A stretch of DNA of 62,281 bases, the filler included, from Basidiobolus ranarum (Eukaryota), in NCBI GenBank assembly GCA_040143965.1. It is 16 parts of 16 records of this genome, joined end to end, with 100 filler letters (N's around TTAATTAATTAA, not from the genome) between each part and the next. Parts side by side here need not be neighbours in the genome. Positions count along the whole stretch, not along the records: positions 11,735 to 15,541 come from JASJQH010009151.1; positions 15,642 to 19,447 come from JASJQH010009152.1; positions 19,548 to 23,351 come from JASJQH010009153.1; positions 23,452 to 27,254 come from JASJQH010009154.1; 12 more parts are not named here. The stretch is one strand, 5' to 3'. Positions within the stretch are counted from its first letter, which is position 1. Each line of letters begins with the position of its first letter. The notes under the pieces are model-generated. The model worked only from the letters and a program-made list of their open reading frames with translations. It was not told the origin of the DNA and searched no databases. A program made the position numbers and the translations under genes. Shown piece after piece: positions 11,735 to 23,995 of this stretch.

Positions 11735-12705
11735 CCCAGCAAGTATAATATTCATCACCATATCTCGCAGATATTCGTCGCTCTTCTGGCCATCAGCATC
11801 CTCAGCTACTCCGAGATAGAGAGAAAGTAAATCGTGGTGATCTTCTTTGTGAGGATCATTTTTTCTTTGATTGATGATTTTGTATATCAATTCATCTGTA
11901 ACCTTTAGGTCACTGTTTAGTTTCGTCCTGACTCCATTTAGCAACTCCAAAACCTTCCAACCCGGAACTAGCAATCTCTGTGCCAGAACATGTTGAACTC
12001 GATTGAATGCTAGTGCAAAGGGTGGTGTGGAAGTAGAAGATAATGAATTGGCATTGTAGCCAAAGGCAATTCTACAGAATGTATCCATAGTCATGCGATG
12101 AAATACATCGTGAATATCAATGGTTTTTTTGGCTTTTGCGGCTTCCTTTAGGTAACAATTCAATCCACCTGCTTCTTCAAACGATACCTTGCTAATGAAC
12201 TCACGAAAGTTCTTTCCTGTGAAGATACGGCTGGTTTTCTTGCGTTGTACGCGCCATGTTTCACCGTCAACATTAAAAATACCATCACCCTAAAGAAAGA
12301 GAACTAGTGAATATATATCTTGATGGATAATCACACTAATGAAGGAGTAGAAAGGTTTATTACTAGCAGAGGCTTCAGGCTTTGGTGGAACGTATCGCCT
12401 TTGTCGAAGTTTTCGAAGTTATCTTTGAGAATGTATTGAACCGTTTCAGGGTCGTTTGATATGATGCGAACTTTCTGGAAAGGTGCATGAAGAGCCCATG
12501 GTTTACCCATAAATTTTTCACTTACTTCCCACACCCATATGTTGAAATTTGGTAAATTCTTGGCCATTGGTATAAAGTTCCCTAATACCGGAATCCAGTT
12601 TGGCGAGTTGTAGCTTTTGATCGGATTGTTAAGCCAACTCCATGCAACAAGGGTCAAGCCTAAGAAGAGAACAACTTCCACTGTAGTAGTATCAAAAGAC
12701 ATCAT
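11735..12705 (-). CDS. Cytochrome P450, fatty-acid-hydroxylase-like (resembles CYP86/CYP94/CYP704/CYP52), 5' part; intron 12290-12363; cut by contig edge
   Basis: N-terminal TM anchor, WIPVLGN, DPETVQYILKDNFENFDKG, spliced LL|GDGIFNVDGETWRVQRK, I-helix start LRDMVMNIILAG; a GT-AG intron restores the frame. Confidence 0.93.
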
Positions 12706-14859
12706 GATTATGATTAAAGATGGTCAGCAGCAGCCGGGTTATATAGGAATTCTGATCATCAAAAAAACTGAGCTGGCCAAATATCAGCATTTCTCTTGGT
12801 ATAGTTTATTGAACAACGTGAAAATTAGGCACTGCAACCCTACCCAAAATAGTAAGCAATGCATGTACAATTTTGGATGATATCGAGCATTTGGCGGGCA
12901 AATGATCAGATACCGATGATTAAATTGGGTGAGATAATTCTAATTAGGGGGAATATCTCCAACTAGGCGGGATATTTCAAATAGGACAGGATTTGCAATT
13001 CCCTTCAGCATGAATTCACCTTATGGGTTTTACTCTGGGCTACGGAGTCTGATCGGTGCTTCATAATACTATATAGTCGACCCATGCTTACTTCACGCAA
13101 CTTTCTCTGTCAAAAGCAATTTGAAGGGCTGAGAAGGTTTTGGTGATGGTTAAACTAGGCTAAAATCTCATAATTTGATAGGAGATCCACCCATGCAGCT
13201 ATGATATATAGATATATAGAATTCTTTGCGAATCTGTGCATGAGGTCTTGCATCTTTGAAACCTTCAAACCTCGGCATTTGTGGGCGGTCAGGGCTTTTG
13301 CAGTAAAACCGTAAATGAAAAGATGGTAGGGTTCACTATTTCCTCATCCCTAGTTCTATTCGTTGGGGCTTCTCACTAACATCCCAATGTGGTAATTTTA
13401 CTTCACACATCGCATTGCATGTGCTTGAAAAATTCTTGACGACAGCCCGTCATTTCAGAGCTCATCTATCTCTTAGTAGCTGATTTACTAGTGGCCATAG
13501 CTTCTAGTGGTCATAGCACCAGCCTCCTTGTATTAATCATGCATTCATTTGGAAATATTCCTCGACTCCGTAGCATTCTTTTGGTGCATCAACCAAGTAG
13601 AAACCAATAGAAATGAATGTTGCCAATTCATTCCCAATATCTGCGAGGGCTTAACAACCAGTTATGGAGTTTAGCTTTGCTGTATCTGAGATAGTTAACT
13701 TATCTGCAATATTTCTATCGCCAATCACAATTTGATTGGAATGCATGCAAAGCGTTCTACATCAAAAAGCTAAATCTATTAGTATGGAGATAATCAACTC
13801 CTTACATCTTGGCTATGGAGCTACCGAATCGAACTGAAAATCTCTATAAGTGTAGTGCCTATATGTCATGGATGGTGTAGGTCAGCTGATAGCGAGATAT
13901 AAAAATGATTCGTATGCTCTGAGTACTGTACAATAGTAAATTCTAGGATTTTGTACTTATAATTAGAAAATTCGATTCTCTTGTCCTAAACCACCGTACT
14001 TGATATCTGAAGCCTTGAGTATCTATTGAGAAGTAATAACCACGTGCCTCAGTTGATTCTTACAAGAATGTAATATCAATTCCAATTTCTTCAATTGTAG
14101 AGAACCCCGAATACTTGCATAGAAAGCTTTCAGTTGCAATTGTCTGAATTTTGCCCTCATAGATTAAAGCAATCAAAAATCCTACCATAACCTTAGCCCA
14201 AACTGAAGGCATGATCATTACATTGAGTTTCTACAATACATACGAATTTGCATCAGGAGTTTGAGAAATCAAGTAAATATGATAAGCATAACATATACAT
14301 GTTCAAGTGCCTAACTATAAATGAATGGACCACTAACTGCAATAGTTCAAACATTTTTATTTCAACACAGATCTCCATAGAGATCAGAAATATTTCTAGA
14401 AAACCAAGTCTTCTTGTCTCAAGTTGTGAGCCAGCATAACCATACCCCCACAAAAAAAGGTTTATTCCATCACAGTCAATACCCCAAGGAAGTGAATTTA
14501 TGTTTTTCAGTAGAGGAGTAGAGAGTATATACTCCGTATTTTAGATATTGATATGAAACCAACATGAAATAGCAACCTTTAGAATCATTAATATACTGCT
14601 GTAATATTGGAGTTGGGTATGAATGTCTTCATATGTTATGCTCAGCTTATATCGCAGTTATTTTAAATATTGCACTATAACTACAGCTCGTATATATCAC
14701 CAAAATGTTGAAAATGCCAAGATCTCTTGTTGGCATTCCTACCTATGGAAGGTACACAAATTACCTGCCACTTGAAAAGCAATTAAGAAAATCATTAAAT
14801 CATGTATTTCTGGATAAGACTAACCAAATTAGATATTAATGTGAAGACTGGCATCTCAG

Positions 14860-15324
14860 TGTTAAAGTATTTGGGAGCCTATTGGGGGTGGTTTGGTGAA
14901 TTAGAAAATTTGGTGGTTTTTACTTATTGATTTATTGAGTTGAAAGTTGACATATATATTTTTGTCAAGATATAAGCAAACTAACATGTAGCATGTGCTT
15001 AAAAAGGTCCCAGGAACATGTGTGCAATGCTTAGGGCTTCTAGCACAAGTTTGAAAAATCTATATATTTGAGAACTTCTAAGTTGGTAAAAACATTCCAA
15101 GTAAATTCAAATTGAGAATAATGGTTAATATCTTAGTGAACTATAAGATAGCCAAATACTAGCTATATATGATTATATAGTTGTTTGGGTAATGCTAAGT
15201 TCAACACTCTCCTTCAGCTAAGTAGTCATATAAACTAATCCTAAGGAAGATCCAAATTTTTCAAATATCTGTCTAGCAAATAGTATGATTAATATATCAG
15301 CAATCATGTCTTCTGTAGAGCATT
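14860..15324 (-). mobile_element. Copia family A 3' LTR (14860-15206), PPT and RNase H tail
   Basis: Reverse complement of the LTR A consensus; minus-strand STEDMIADILI precedes it. Confidence 0.9.
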
Positions 15325-15541
15325 TGTTGGATAATTAATCTTTATTCAACATCATAGTTAACTTTAGTTATGATACATATATCAGAAACAGAAAGCAACG
15401 TATCTATTGTTGAAATTAGCATTGCCTAAGCACCTATATAGTCATATATAGCTTAGTACTTAGTTATCTTGTAATTCACTAAGATATTATCAATTATTCT
15501 CATAAGGAATTTACTTAGAATATTTTTACCAACTTAGAAGT
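15325..15541 (+). mobile_element. Nested LTR starts: family D (15325-15407) interrupted by family A (15408-15541)
   Basis: TGTTGGATAATTAATC matches the reverse complement of the LTR ending at 38548; TGTTGAAATTAGCATTGCC is the LTR A 5' end. Confidence 0.85.
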
Positions 15542-16189
15542 NNNNNNNNNNNNNNNNNNNNNNNNNNNNNNNNNNNNNNNNNNNNTTAATTAATTAANNN
15601 NNNNNNNNNNNNNNNNNNNNNNNNNNNNNNNNNNNNNNNNNGCCCAATCATGCCAATTTGTGCTGGCACACTTTTTAGCTGGCCTGATCTGGCTCAATAA
15701 AATGCCACAAGTCTTTTGAGTGCTGTGATTTGTCACCAGTGCGCCAAAACTACTGATGTTTTGTAACGCAGGAGCTGTTGTGCCCAATTGAAAATCAGGA
15801 TACTGTGTTAGTGAGGGACAAATGATTAGCCTTAAAAAATGTGAATGTCTTGGTTACACATTTGATTGGGTAAGTTACAGTATAACTTGTTTATTGTTGC
15901 ACATTCAGTAATTCATAAGTTACAAACTAGGGGATGAACTTACTTTGTCAGTTACCCAAAATTGTAATTTGGCAATATTAAATTGGGTAACTTGGTATGG
16001 GCTGGCACAATATCTCCAATAAAATCATTGTGTCTGATTGTGGTGGGATAGTGCCATATTGTTCCTTATAGTGTCCAATCGAGTGTTATAGGACCCAGCC
16101 ATGGTAATTGACAGATCATGCCAGATGGTGTACTAGCCAGCTGGATCAAGTGGCATGCTCTGACCTGGTCCAATGGAACAAGTCTTATA

Positions 16190-17480
16190 TTCACTAATGG
16201 CTACACCTGCTCTTATCTTCTCAAAGCTGGAAGTTTTGAGTGGTGTTTGTTAGTATATCTGCAAGCTTGTTTTCAGTATTAAAATAAATCAAGTTCACTT
16301 TGTTGTCTTGAACTTTTTCTTGTATAAAACGATGTCTTATGTGAACATGTTTCATCCTTGAGAGATGCTCAAGATTTGTGACAATCTGAATACAATCAAT
16401 ATTATCTTGCTATATGGTGGGATTAACTTGTTCTCATCATAGTTCCTGGAGAAGACTCCTTTGCCATATAGCTTCATCAACAGTCATAGAGCTTGCCATG
16501 TATTCTGCTTCTATAGTTGAAAATGCAACAGTTTATTGTTTCTTACTAATCCAGCTGATTAGCCCACCTGCTGGCTTAAGCACATATCCAGTTGTGGATT
16601 CAGGGCCTTGTGTATCATTAGCCCAGTTTGCATCAGCATAGAGTTCCAACACAAGGGACATGTACTGCTTAGTAAATTGAATTCCATGTTGTATTTTTCC
16701 TTTCACATAGCATATTAGCTGTTTCACAGCTATTCAATGTTCCATTGCCAGATTTTTCATCAATTTGCTTAGTATGCTTATTGCTTTAACAATATCAGAC
16801 CTAGTACCAGTTGTTGCACATATGAGACTTTCAACTGCACAATAGAAAGGAATGTTTTTCATGATTTCAATATCTTTGGAGATCTTTGGTTCCATATCCT
16901 TAGTGAGTTTCAGCATATGTAGCAGAATTGAAGATGTTTTACATTCTAACATATTGAATCTGTTTAAAGCATCTCCAATATATTTTTCTTTTACATTACA
17001 GAGTGTTTCAAAATTGGAAATTTAATGTATCCACATTCTATGACAATAGGCCAGGTCTTGTCTGTTTCATCATATTTGAGCAACAACTAACTGTTATGAG
17101 ATCATCAACATAGAGAGCATTTTTGACATAGGTTGCTTCAATAGTCTCAAGGTGTATGTGCTGATCAGCTTTGCTACAATGGAAAGAGGTTTCATGAAGA
17201 TCTGCTTGATTTTGGTATTGCATGCTCACAAAACCTGTCTCAGACTACATAAACTTCTCCCTGTTACCTAATGTTTCACTACTCCTATAGCTGCTTGATT
17301 GCAGAATATTATATAATAGTTTGTTCTCCTTGGTTCCAATGATTTGATTTCTGCCAGAAATTAGGAGACAATAGCCTTTATTCAAATATCCTGATAGACT
17401 ACTCATAATTGCCTTTTTGTCCAATTTCCTATGCTGAGGCTTAGGAATATGAATACACACTATTGATGCAAATATTCCGA
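16190..17480 (-). mobile_element. Heavily deleted copia pol remnant (integrase tail, RT, RNase H)
   Basis: HRKLDKKA, LYVDDL, TRSDI, YADANWA..STTGY..ISWISKKQ, STIEAEYMA, KHVHIRHRFI. Confidence 0.88.
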
Positions 17481-17746
17481 GATGCTTTATATTAGGCTTG
17501 TTTCAAGTCCAGATTTCAATAGGAGTTTTAGAGTAATGGATGATGCATGTTGGAGCTCTATTTTGGAGATAGGTTGCTATCAAAATAGTCATATTAATAC
17601 TTCACTAATTACAGTAACTTTGACTTTAATCATAAGCTCCAGAATAAGCACTTTGCAACCATACAAGAATCATAAAATTTGATAACTATTGGTGGAGCTA
17701 CAACCATTTCAAAATTGCCAACACAAAAATCAACACTAGCATATAT

Positions 17747-18347
17747 TTGAAACACACCCTATCTGGAGTTCCTTCTACATCAGGCAATCAGAATTGCAGT
17801 GCCACTTACTATTGTCAAGGTGCTAGCTTCTATGTTTGTTGGACCACCTCCAGTACATGGCTGTTGCAAAATGCTTGTGCTGGAAATTGTAATGAGAGCC
17901 CAGCTTATGCAGTATACTGCTCCAACTGTTCCAGCAAACCCACCAATACCAAGACTGCTACTAAGACTACTACCTAGACAACATCCCTAAAGACCACTTC
18001 TAAAACCACTGCAGTCAAATTCACCACCACCACAAGCTACACCACCATGCATGAGCCAAATCCTACTTTAGTTTCTGGTGCAGACTGTGATGATGAAGAC
18101 ACTTACACTTGTACTGGCTCAAACTTCCTTATCTGCCATAACAGTAAATGGCTTTAACAAAAAATGTACTCTGGAGATTACTGTAGTGCTCCAGCTTATT
18201 CTTACTATAACAACTGTTACAGTAAATCAACTACTGCCAAGCCCAAGCCAACACCCACCAAAGCATAACTAACTACTACTGAGACAGATACTAATTTGGT
18301 TAAGCCCACTAGAACCAGGACTCCAACAACCATCTGTAAGCCAAACC
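17747..18347 (+). pseudogene. Decayed Cys/Thr-rich cell-wall or chitinase-type gene with two CBM19-like modules
   Basis: One frame with two ~40-aa modules (CSATYYCQGASFYVC..W..ACAGNCNESPAYAVYCSNC and CDDEDTYTCTGSNFLIC..W..SGDYCSAPAYSYYNNC) separated by Thr-rich linkers; stops at 17975, 18155 and 18266; cut by an LTR. Confidence 0.65.
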
Positions 18348-19067
18348 CCAATATAGTGTTTAGGGAATTTAGAAGTGTTTTGGACAAGATTTAAATTTGT
18401 AAATTAGGCACTTAAGTTTTATTAAATTGAATATGTTGTATTTATATTTTACTAGGAAACATGACTATTGGACATGCTTTGATCATAAAAAATATGCAAG
18501 TTACAAATGGGCAAAACTATGAGGTCATTTGAAGAAGATTTGAGAAAGTAACAAATATTGGTAAAAGTGAGCTAATTGATATTTCTATGCCTATGGCAGA
18601 ATTGAGTGCTCAATAATCAAAATATGAATAAGCTAACTACTAAACAATGAGTTGCTATTTACCTAATATCAGCATTCCTACTCAACTAGTTATTTTGTAT
18701 TTCTTCTGAACCCAACTTTTATCTTAATAATTCAAACTGTGCTTTAGCCAAAGGTTTAGTTAAGATGTCAGTAATCATTTCTTCTGAAGGGCAATAAACA
18801 AGTTCAATTATATCATTCTCTATTGCTTCTCCAACCAAATGATGCCAAAGTACTATATATTTTATTCTAGTATGAAATGTTAGGTTTTTAGTCAAGGAAA
18901 TGCAACTTTGATTTTCTTCAAATACAATAATAGCACATTTTTGCATGTATCCTAAGTCTGTAAATAACTTCCTTAACCACAAAGCCTCTTGTAGAGTAGC
19001 AGAGGCAGCCACATACTCAGCTTCTGTAGTGGAAAGTGCTATGATTGGTTGCTTCTTACTATTTCAA
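18348..19067 (-). mobile_element. Copia family B RNase H and 3' LTR (~18348-18674)
   Basis: SKKQPIIALSTTEAEYVAAS...FHTRIKYI...MITDILTKPL; PPT AGTTGAGTAGGAA; LTR B consensus. Confidence 0.92.
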
Positions 19068-19447
19068 CCCTAACAGAAATTTGAGTATTGTTATTGTAGG
19101 GAAACCATCACAATTTTAATCCATTTGGGATTGACCATTTACTTAACATCATAAAATCATCAAGTTAGATTTGATTTTAATCAATTTTTTCAGTTTCAGG
19201 AGTGATATTTCAAGATCTTGCAAAATAGTTGTGCATGATTGGCTACAATCTTGGAGAACTATGGATCAACACATGCGCAAAAAATGTAACTCAAATTTTA
19301 CACAATTATGACTTGAATGCTAATTTGTCACCTTCAAAATCCCTAGTCTCTTTGATATATTCTCCTGAATATTTTTATAGAGTTCTTCATACCCAAGGTT
19401 TAGCTCATACCCAACACCAGTTTGTATCAATATCTCCATCAAAGCCC
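19068..19447. mobile_element. Terminus of an unclassified repeat starting CCCTAACAG (candidate CMC/CACTA end), copy 1
   Basis: Abruptly interrupts copia RNase H; closely matches 61219-61596. Confidence 0.7.
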
Positions 19448-19547
19448 NNNNNNNNNNNNNNNNNNNNNNNNNNNNNNNNNNNNNNNNNNNNTTAATTAAT
19501 TAANNNNNNNNNNNNNNNNNNNNNNNNNNNNNNNNNNNNNNNNNNNN

Positions 19548-19635
19548 CCTGAATCTTTTGATTCCCAATGGCGCTTCCCTCGTTCTCTTGAATGGTACCA
19601 GCGGCGGCTTTAAGATTAGCGTTAATTTTATCCAT
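19548..19635 (-). CDS. CsbD/Hmp1-like stress protein, inverted duplicate (5' part, cut by contig edge)
   Basis: Reverse complement reads MDKINANLKAAAGTIQENEGSAIGNQKIQ, nearly identical to the start of 20163-20456. Confidence 0.85.
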
Positions 19636-20162
19636 GATAACTTGAAGTCAATAAGAGATGATAATTTAAAATTGAGAATACCAAGAATTTATATGATTTT
19701 TCCAATAATTCATAACGTCATTATTCTTATGACATTTCACTGGAAAGTATATCATCATACATATGGTATTTAATCGGTTTTACTGGAAATACAATATAAA
19801 GAGAATGGATGTGAGGGAACTACATTGAAGAGGAGTCATGATCACTTTAAGACATCTCTATGTGGGAGGGGGGTCGATAAATGCTTATATCAGTTATACA
19901 TCAGTACAATCATAGGATTGGCGGGATTTCAAAGAATGATGAAATACGTAGACATGAAGTTATCATTAGTTCAGAATTATCATTATCTCACATGACTTTC
20001 TTTGGCACTAGTTGGATGGGTGGGCTTACTGCCTTGAAAGGTCATCCCAGCCTGACTCAAGGCTACGATGATGACGTTCATGATTCAAATTCACCTTATA
20101 AATATTGGGAATCATAGAGGAATGGAAGTACAAGCTAACAACACTCAATCGATCTATTAATC

Positions 20163-20456
20163 ATGGATAAAATTAACGCCAATCTTAAAGCCGCCGCCGG
20201 TACCATTCAAGAGAACGTGGGAAGCGCCATTGGGAATCAAAAGATTCAGGCTGAGGGTATGGCCACCCGCGCTGAAGGAAACGCCGAGTATCTGCGTGCT
20301 CAAGCCGATGGTTATGCCCAAGGCGCAGGTGAGAAACTCCAGGGCCATTTCCAAGAGAATGTGGGTAGCACACTTGGTAATCTGCAAACTGAAGCCGAAG
20401 GAATTGCCAACCAGACCAAGGGAGAAGCACGTATGCAGTCCAACAGTGGCAACTAA
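20163..20456 (+). CDS. CsbD-like / Hmp1-like small hydrophilic stress protein (97 aa)
   Basis: Two internal repeats GxxQENVGSxxGNxxxxAEG typical of fungal CsbD/Hmp1 proteins; TATAAA about 65 bp upstream; intronless. Confidence 0.88.
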   Translation: MDKINANLKAAAGTIQENVGSAIGNQKIQAEGMATRAEGNAEYLRAQADGYAQGAGEKLQGHFQENVGSTLGNLQTEAEGIANQTKGEARMQSNSGN

Positions 20457-21258
20457 AGTGCGGGTAAGATGTATGATGTGAGGCTGAATTGGAATCGGTC
20501 CAATCGAAGCAATCACTTGTGTAAATAAAAGTACTTGATTAATATCTTCACCTTTTGACTGTAATATTCATCGTAGGAATTGGCAGTCGGGTTTCGATCT
20601 GTCCAGTTGCCAGATTAAATGAACCAATTTTGTCACTAACTTGGGCTGATGGGGAATGAAAAATATCGAGTAAATTTGGAAATAACTGAAGGGATCTTAA
20701 AATTAGTACCGACTTGAGGGATTCTATATTGTGCTTAATCGAATCATGCTAATTTAGAGGCCGAAAATATCGAAATTTAGACTCGGAATACCGAATGTTC
20801 ACCATGAAATATTATTAATATGCATCGAGTGCTCTTTGGGCTGACCATAGTAAATTATAGATTCCTGAGACCCCTCAAAACACTAAATCTGTCCAATCTA
20901 CAAATGCTACTGGTGTGCTCAATCGAGAACAATATAAACCGGTGTTTTTAAACTTTGGAATAATAAAGATAGTAGGCTGAGCAATCCACCCATCCAATCA
21001 GGTCGGCAGAATTATATATAGACAACAAATGGTCTAAATCGTCTAATTAAAAATGACCGAGTTTGTCAATACATAAGCCTGAGTAGAGTTAGGATGTGTC
21101 AGGATCCATTTTTAAATTTACTGGATATTTTTTCATTTCCACAAGTCTGACGCCAAGGTAGCGTCTGATTTAGCAGCAGTTTACTGAAAGGCCGTGATTT
21201 CCACTCAATCATATATATATATCCTTCCTCGCTTGCACACCTTTGTTCCCCATCTCTG

Positions 21259-22413
21259 ATGTCGCTAGCCACCAGGACGACAAGTAATCCCATACACTCT
21301 TTACCTAACGAGTTGATACTTCTTGTGTTCTCCTTCTTAGATCCAAAGTCTATCGTACATCTCAGCCTTTGCTCTCGTAACCTGTACAGTTTAGCCAATA
21401 TCCTGATCCTAAGCAGAATTAATCTCATTTCAACGAAGATAGCGGAACCACCCAAAAAGCGATCTCGCGTAGAGAAAACAATATGTCGCGCTTCAACTGA
21501 CCGTCAGATATTCATCCAAATGTACCTTCGAAAGTGCAGGCTTTGTTGGATCGGAGATGGATACCAACATCCTATTCTATTCTATCTATACATTTGCTCT
21601 GGTTGCCACCAATTACCAAATTACACTACCATCTCCCGAACTACCGCTAAGCAACAATATGGGCTAACTGACAATGATTTAAGAAGTATCTCGGGTACAC
21701 CTAGTTCTGAGTGGAGTGTTACTACTTTTTTTCTTCGAAAAGATTGCGAGAGGTTGGCAGAGGAGCTTTACGGTTCTTTGAAGGTCATTCCACGTGGTTA
21801 TGAAAGGGCGCGCCTTACGTGTGCGCGAAACGCTGTCTATCAGATCGCTAGTACAAACTTTACTACCAAGTTTATGAGAATCTGGAGAAAACGTACCATT
21901 GAAGACCTCCTCTCTCCCGAAGCCGAAGCTCACCTTCTAACGTTCTTGCGAGAAAACATCTACTTTCACGGGCATCCAAGCAAAATTCGTCGTGGCGGAA
22001 GCTCTATGCAAGCACTAATGGACATGGCTACTCACTACGTTCAACGGGAAATGTGGATCAGTAGCTGGGTTAGCTATGCTGAGCGATGGTATCTGGGAAA
22101 ACTAGGAGATTGCTTGAGACGAGGAGCATGTGCAGCCAAACCGGATGAGATTTCGTTTGCCGTTAATAAACTAAGATATGAGCAAACCTATAAAGGCAAA
22201 ACTTGTGATTCTAGTTTGACTTTCTGGTATTGTGCTGACAAAGAGACTGTTAACGCAACTTATCCGCTGAAAGTTGCGGTTGCCAATGCGGAAAGGATAA
22301 TCTTTAAATCCCGTCAGGCCAAGAATACCTTGCAAACCGAAAAGGTTCGACGCCGCTCTAGCTGCTATGCAGCCAGTATGGATGGTCAAGTTTGGGAAGT
22401 TAAATGCCGATAA
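21259..22413 (+). CDS. F-box protein with C4 zinc finger and XPA-C-terminal-like motif (384 aa)
   Basis: F-box SLPNELILLVFSFLDPKSIVHLSLCSRNLY; CRLC...CSGC; ISRTTAKQQYGLTDNDL...FFLRKDCERLAEELYG resembles XPA/Rad14 ITKTEAKxxYLLxDxDL...LYLxxQV...WG. Confidence 0.85.
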   Translation: MSLATRTTSNPIHSLPNELILLVFSFLDPKSIVHLSLCSRNLYSLANILILSRINLISTKIAEPPKKRSRVEKTICRASTDRQIFIQMYLRKCRLCWIGDGYQHPILFYLYICSGCHQLPNYTTISRTTAKQQYGLTDNDLRSISGTPSSEWSVTTFFLRKDCERLAEELYGSLKVIPRGYERARLTCARNAVYQIASTNFTTKFMRIWRKRTIEDLLSPEAEAHLLTFLRENIYFHGHPSKIRRGGSSMQALMDMATHYVQREMWISSWVSYAERWYLGKLGDCLRRGACAAKPDEISFAVNKLRYEQTYKGKTCDSSLTFWYCADKETVNATYPLKVAVANAERIIFKSRQAKNTLQTEKVRRRSSCYAASMDGQVWEVKCR

Positions 22414-23468
22414 TCCTGCATCTCCTCCTCTTCCACCCACCTACTTTTTTGTATCCTAGAGCTTCTATAATACCCCTCTTACTGTCTCAATAGCAATACA
22501 TTCTTGATTTGAACCTTTAGATACCCATCGAAATAACCCACTTCAATTAGACTAAAAGTTTGCTCGGCTGACTCCTAGAGCCATCTCTACTCTCATCCAA
22601 CAAGCCTTAGAAATATGTTATGAATAGAAACAACAGATTCCACTTGTTTATTCACTGGGTGGATAGACTTGGTATAAATACGACGTAAATAAAACCCTTT
22701 TCTTAGCACTCCAAAGTTCAAGTGAGAAACCTCAAACTTCAGGCATAATTCACACTATATTAGGTAGTTCAGATCCAACCGAAGCTCATGGACTGCTACA
22801 TCTTCATTGGTTCAACATCGTATCTGTCTAGCTGGAGCCAATCAACCTCCATTTTGGCTCATTATTCATTTTCATATTGCACGTAATTTATTCAATAACT
22901 CCACGGCGGCGTTCCATGCCAAACTCAAACAAGTGGCTATCAATAACGGACCAATCATTATCACTCGAGAAACCATTAAAGCACTCGTTACGGGTCGGAT
23001 ACAAACTTGAGTTACTACTTATATTTTGTCTGATGGAGTTCTTGTGTGCAGAATGGCCGTCAAGTGTAAAGTCCCTGAACGGTATGGTGGGAATGTGTGT
23101 CACTTTCTAACCGGAGAATATTTATCGACTTTGTTGAATCCTGTGGTTTGGTGGTATACATTTTCAGTTGTGATCCCTCAGAGACTAGCACAACAATTCA
23201 TAAAAGCTAATATTTTAGGAAATGATCCATTTGACATATGGGATCATAAAAGTTGTCTAGGGCAGAATAGCCGATGCTATCGATGCGATTCTAGCTATTT
23301 CTCGGGTACACGAAACCCTCACGGCTACAGTTCGCCACCACAGGATAGATGNNNNNNNNNNNNNNNNNNNNNNNNNNNNNNNNNNNNNNNNNNNNTTAAT
23401 TAATTAANNNNNNNNNNNNNNNNNNNNNNNNNNNNNNNNNNNNNNNNNNNNTGAGTGTAAGATTTAGA

Positions 23469-23562
23469 ATTTACCATAGATTTCTGAAAATACTTACCAT
23501 CGATTTCTGAAAATATTACCATTGATTTCTAAAAATATTTACCATCGATTTCTGAAAATATT
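23469..23562. repeat. Minisatellite, 4 x ~23 bp (ATTTACCATCGATTTCTGAAAAT)
   Basis: Head-to-tail units at 23469, 23492, 23515 and 23537, no spacers. Confidence 0.9.
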
Positions 23563-23995
23563 CGTTGCTTTTGTGTGGATGAACATAAGATTCGTTGCTG
23601 GTCAAGTTGTCGGTAAATCGGGAAAGTGAATATATTGCCAAGGGTAAACTAATCAAGGTTAGTGGAGAATAAATTTTATATACATTTTTTGAATGAGATG
23701 AGATAGTAATAGCTGAATGAGATTGTAATAATAATAGTAATTGAATGAGATAATATTCAAGAGTTATGAGCAAGACAGGAATGGATCTTTTTGAGTAATG
23801 ACGAGATAAAGGTGTCGTAAGATTGGCTACCAACCTAGAGATTTTCAACTCTATCACTATAAAAGGAAAGGTGTTCAACAAGGTATTCAACGGGCTAGTG
23901 TTATGAGTTCATTTTAGGTTCAAATGAGACAAGTAGTACAACATTATAAGCAATAATATAAAATCGTCAATGGTTCAGTCTCAACTTCATTAACT

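Noticed and set aside
17548..17722. TGTTGG...CCAACA segment as a fifth solo LTR
   Set aside because: Single copy in the window and no matching TSD (ATGCA versus CAAAA).
20157..20516. Overlapping antisense and alternate-frame ORFs on the CsbD, F-box, M28, RPL9 and permease genes
   Set aside because: Shadow frames of real genes with no recognisable motifs.
22788..23351. Short ORFs downstream of the F-box gene
   Set aside because: No frame on either strand gave a recognisable protein or a consistent splice model.
23469..23562. 23-bp repeats as a mini-CRISPR
   Set aside because: Head-to-tail with no spacers.
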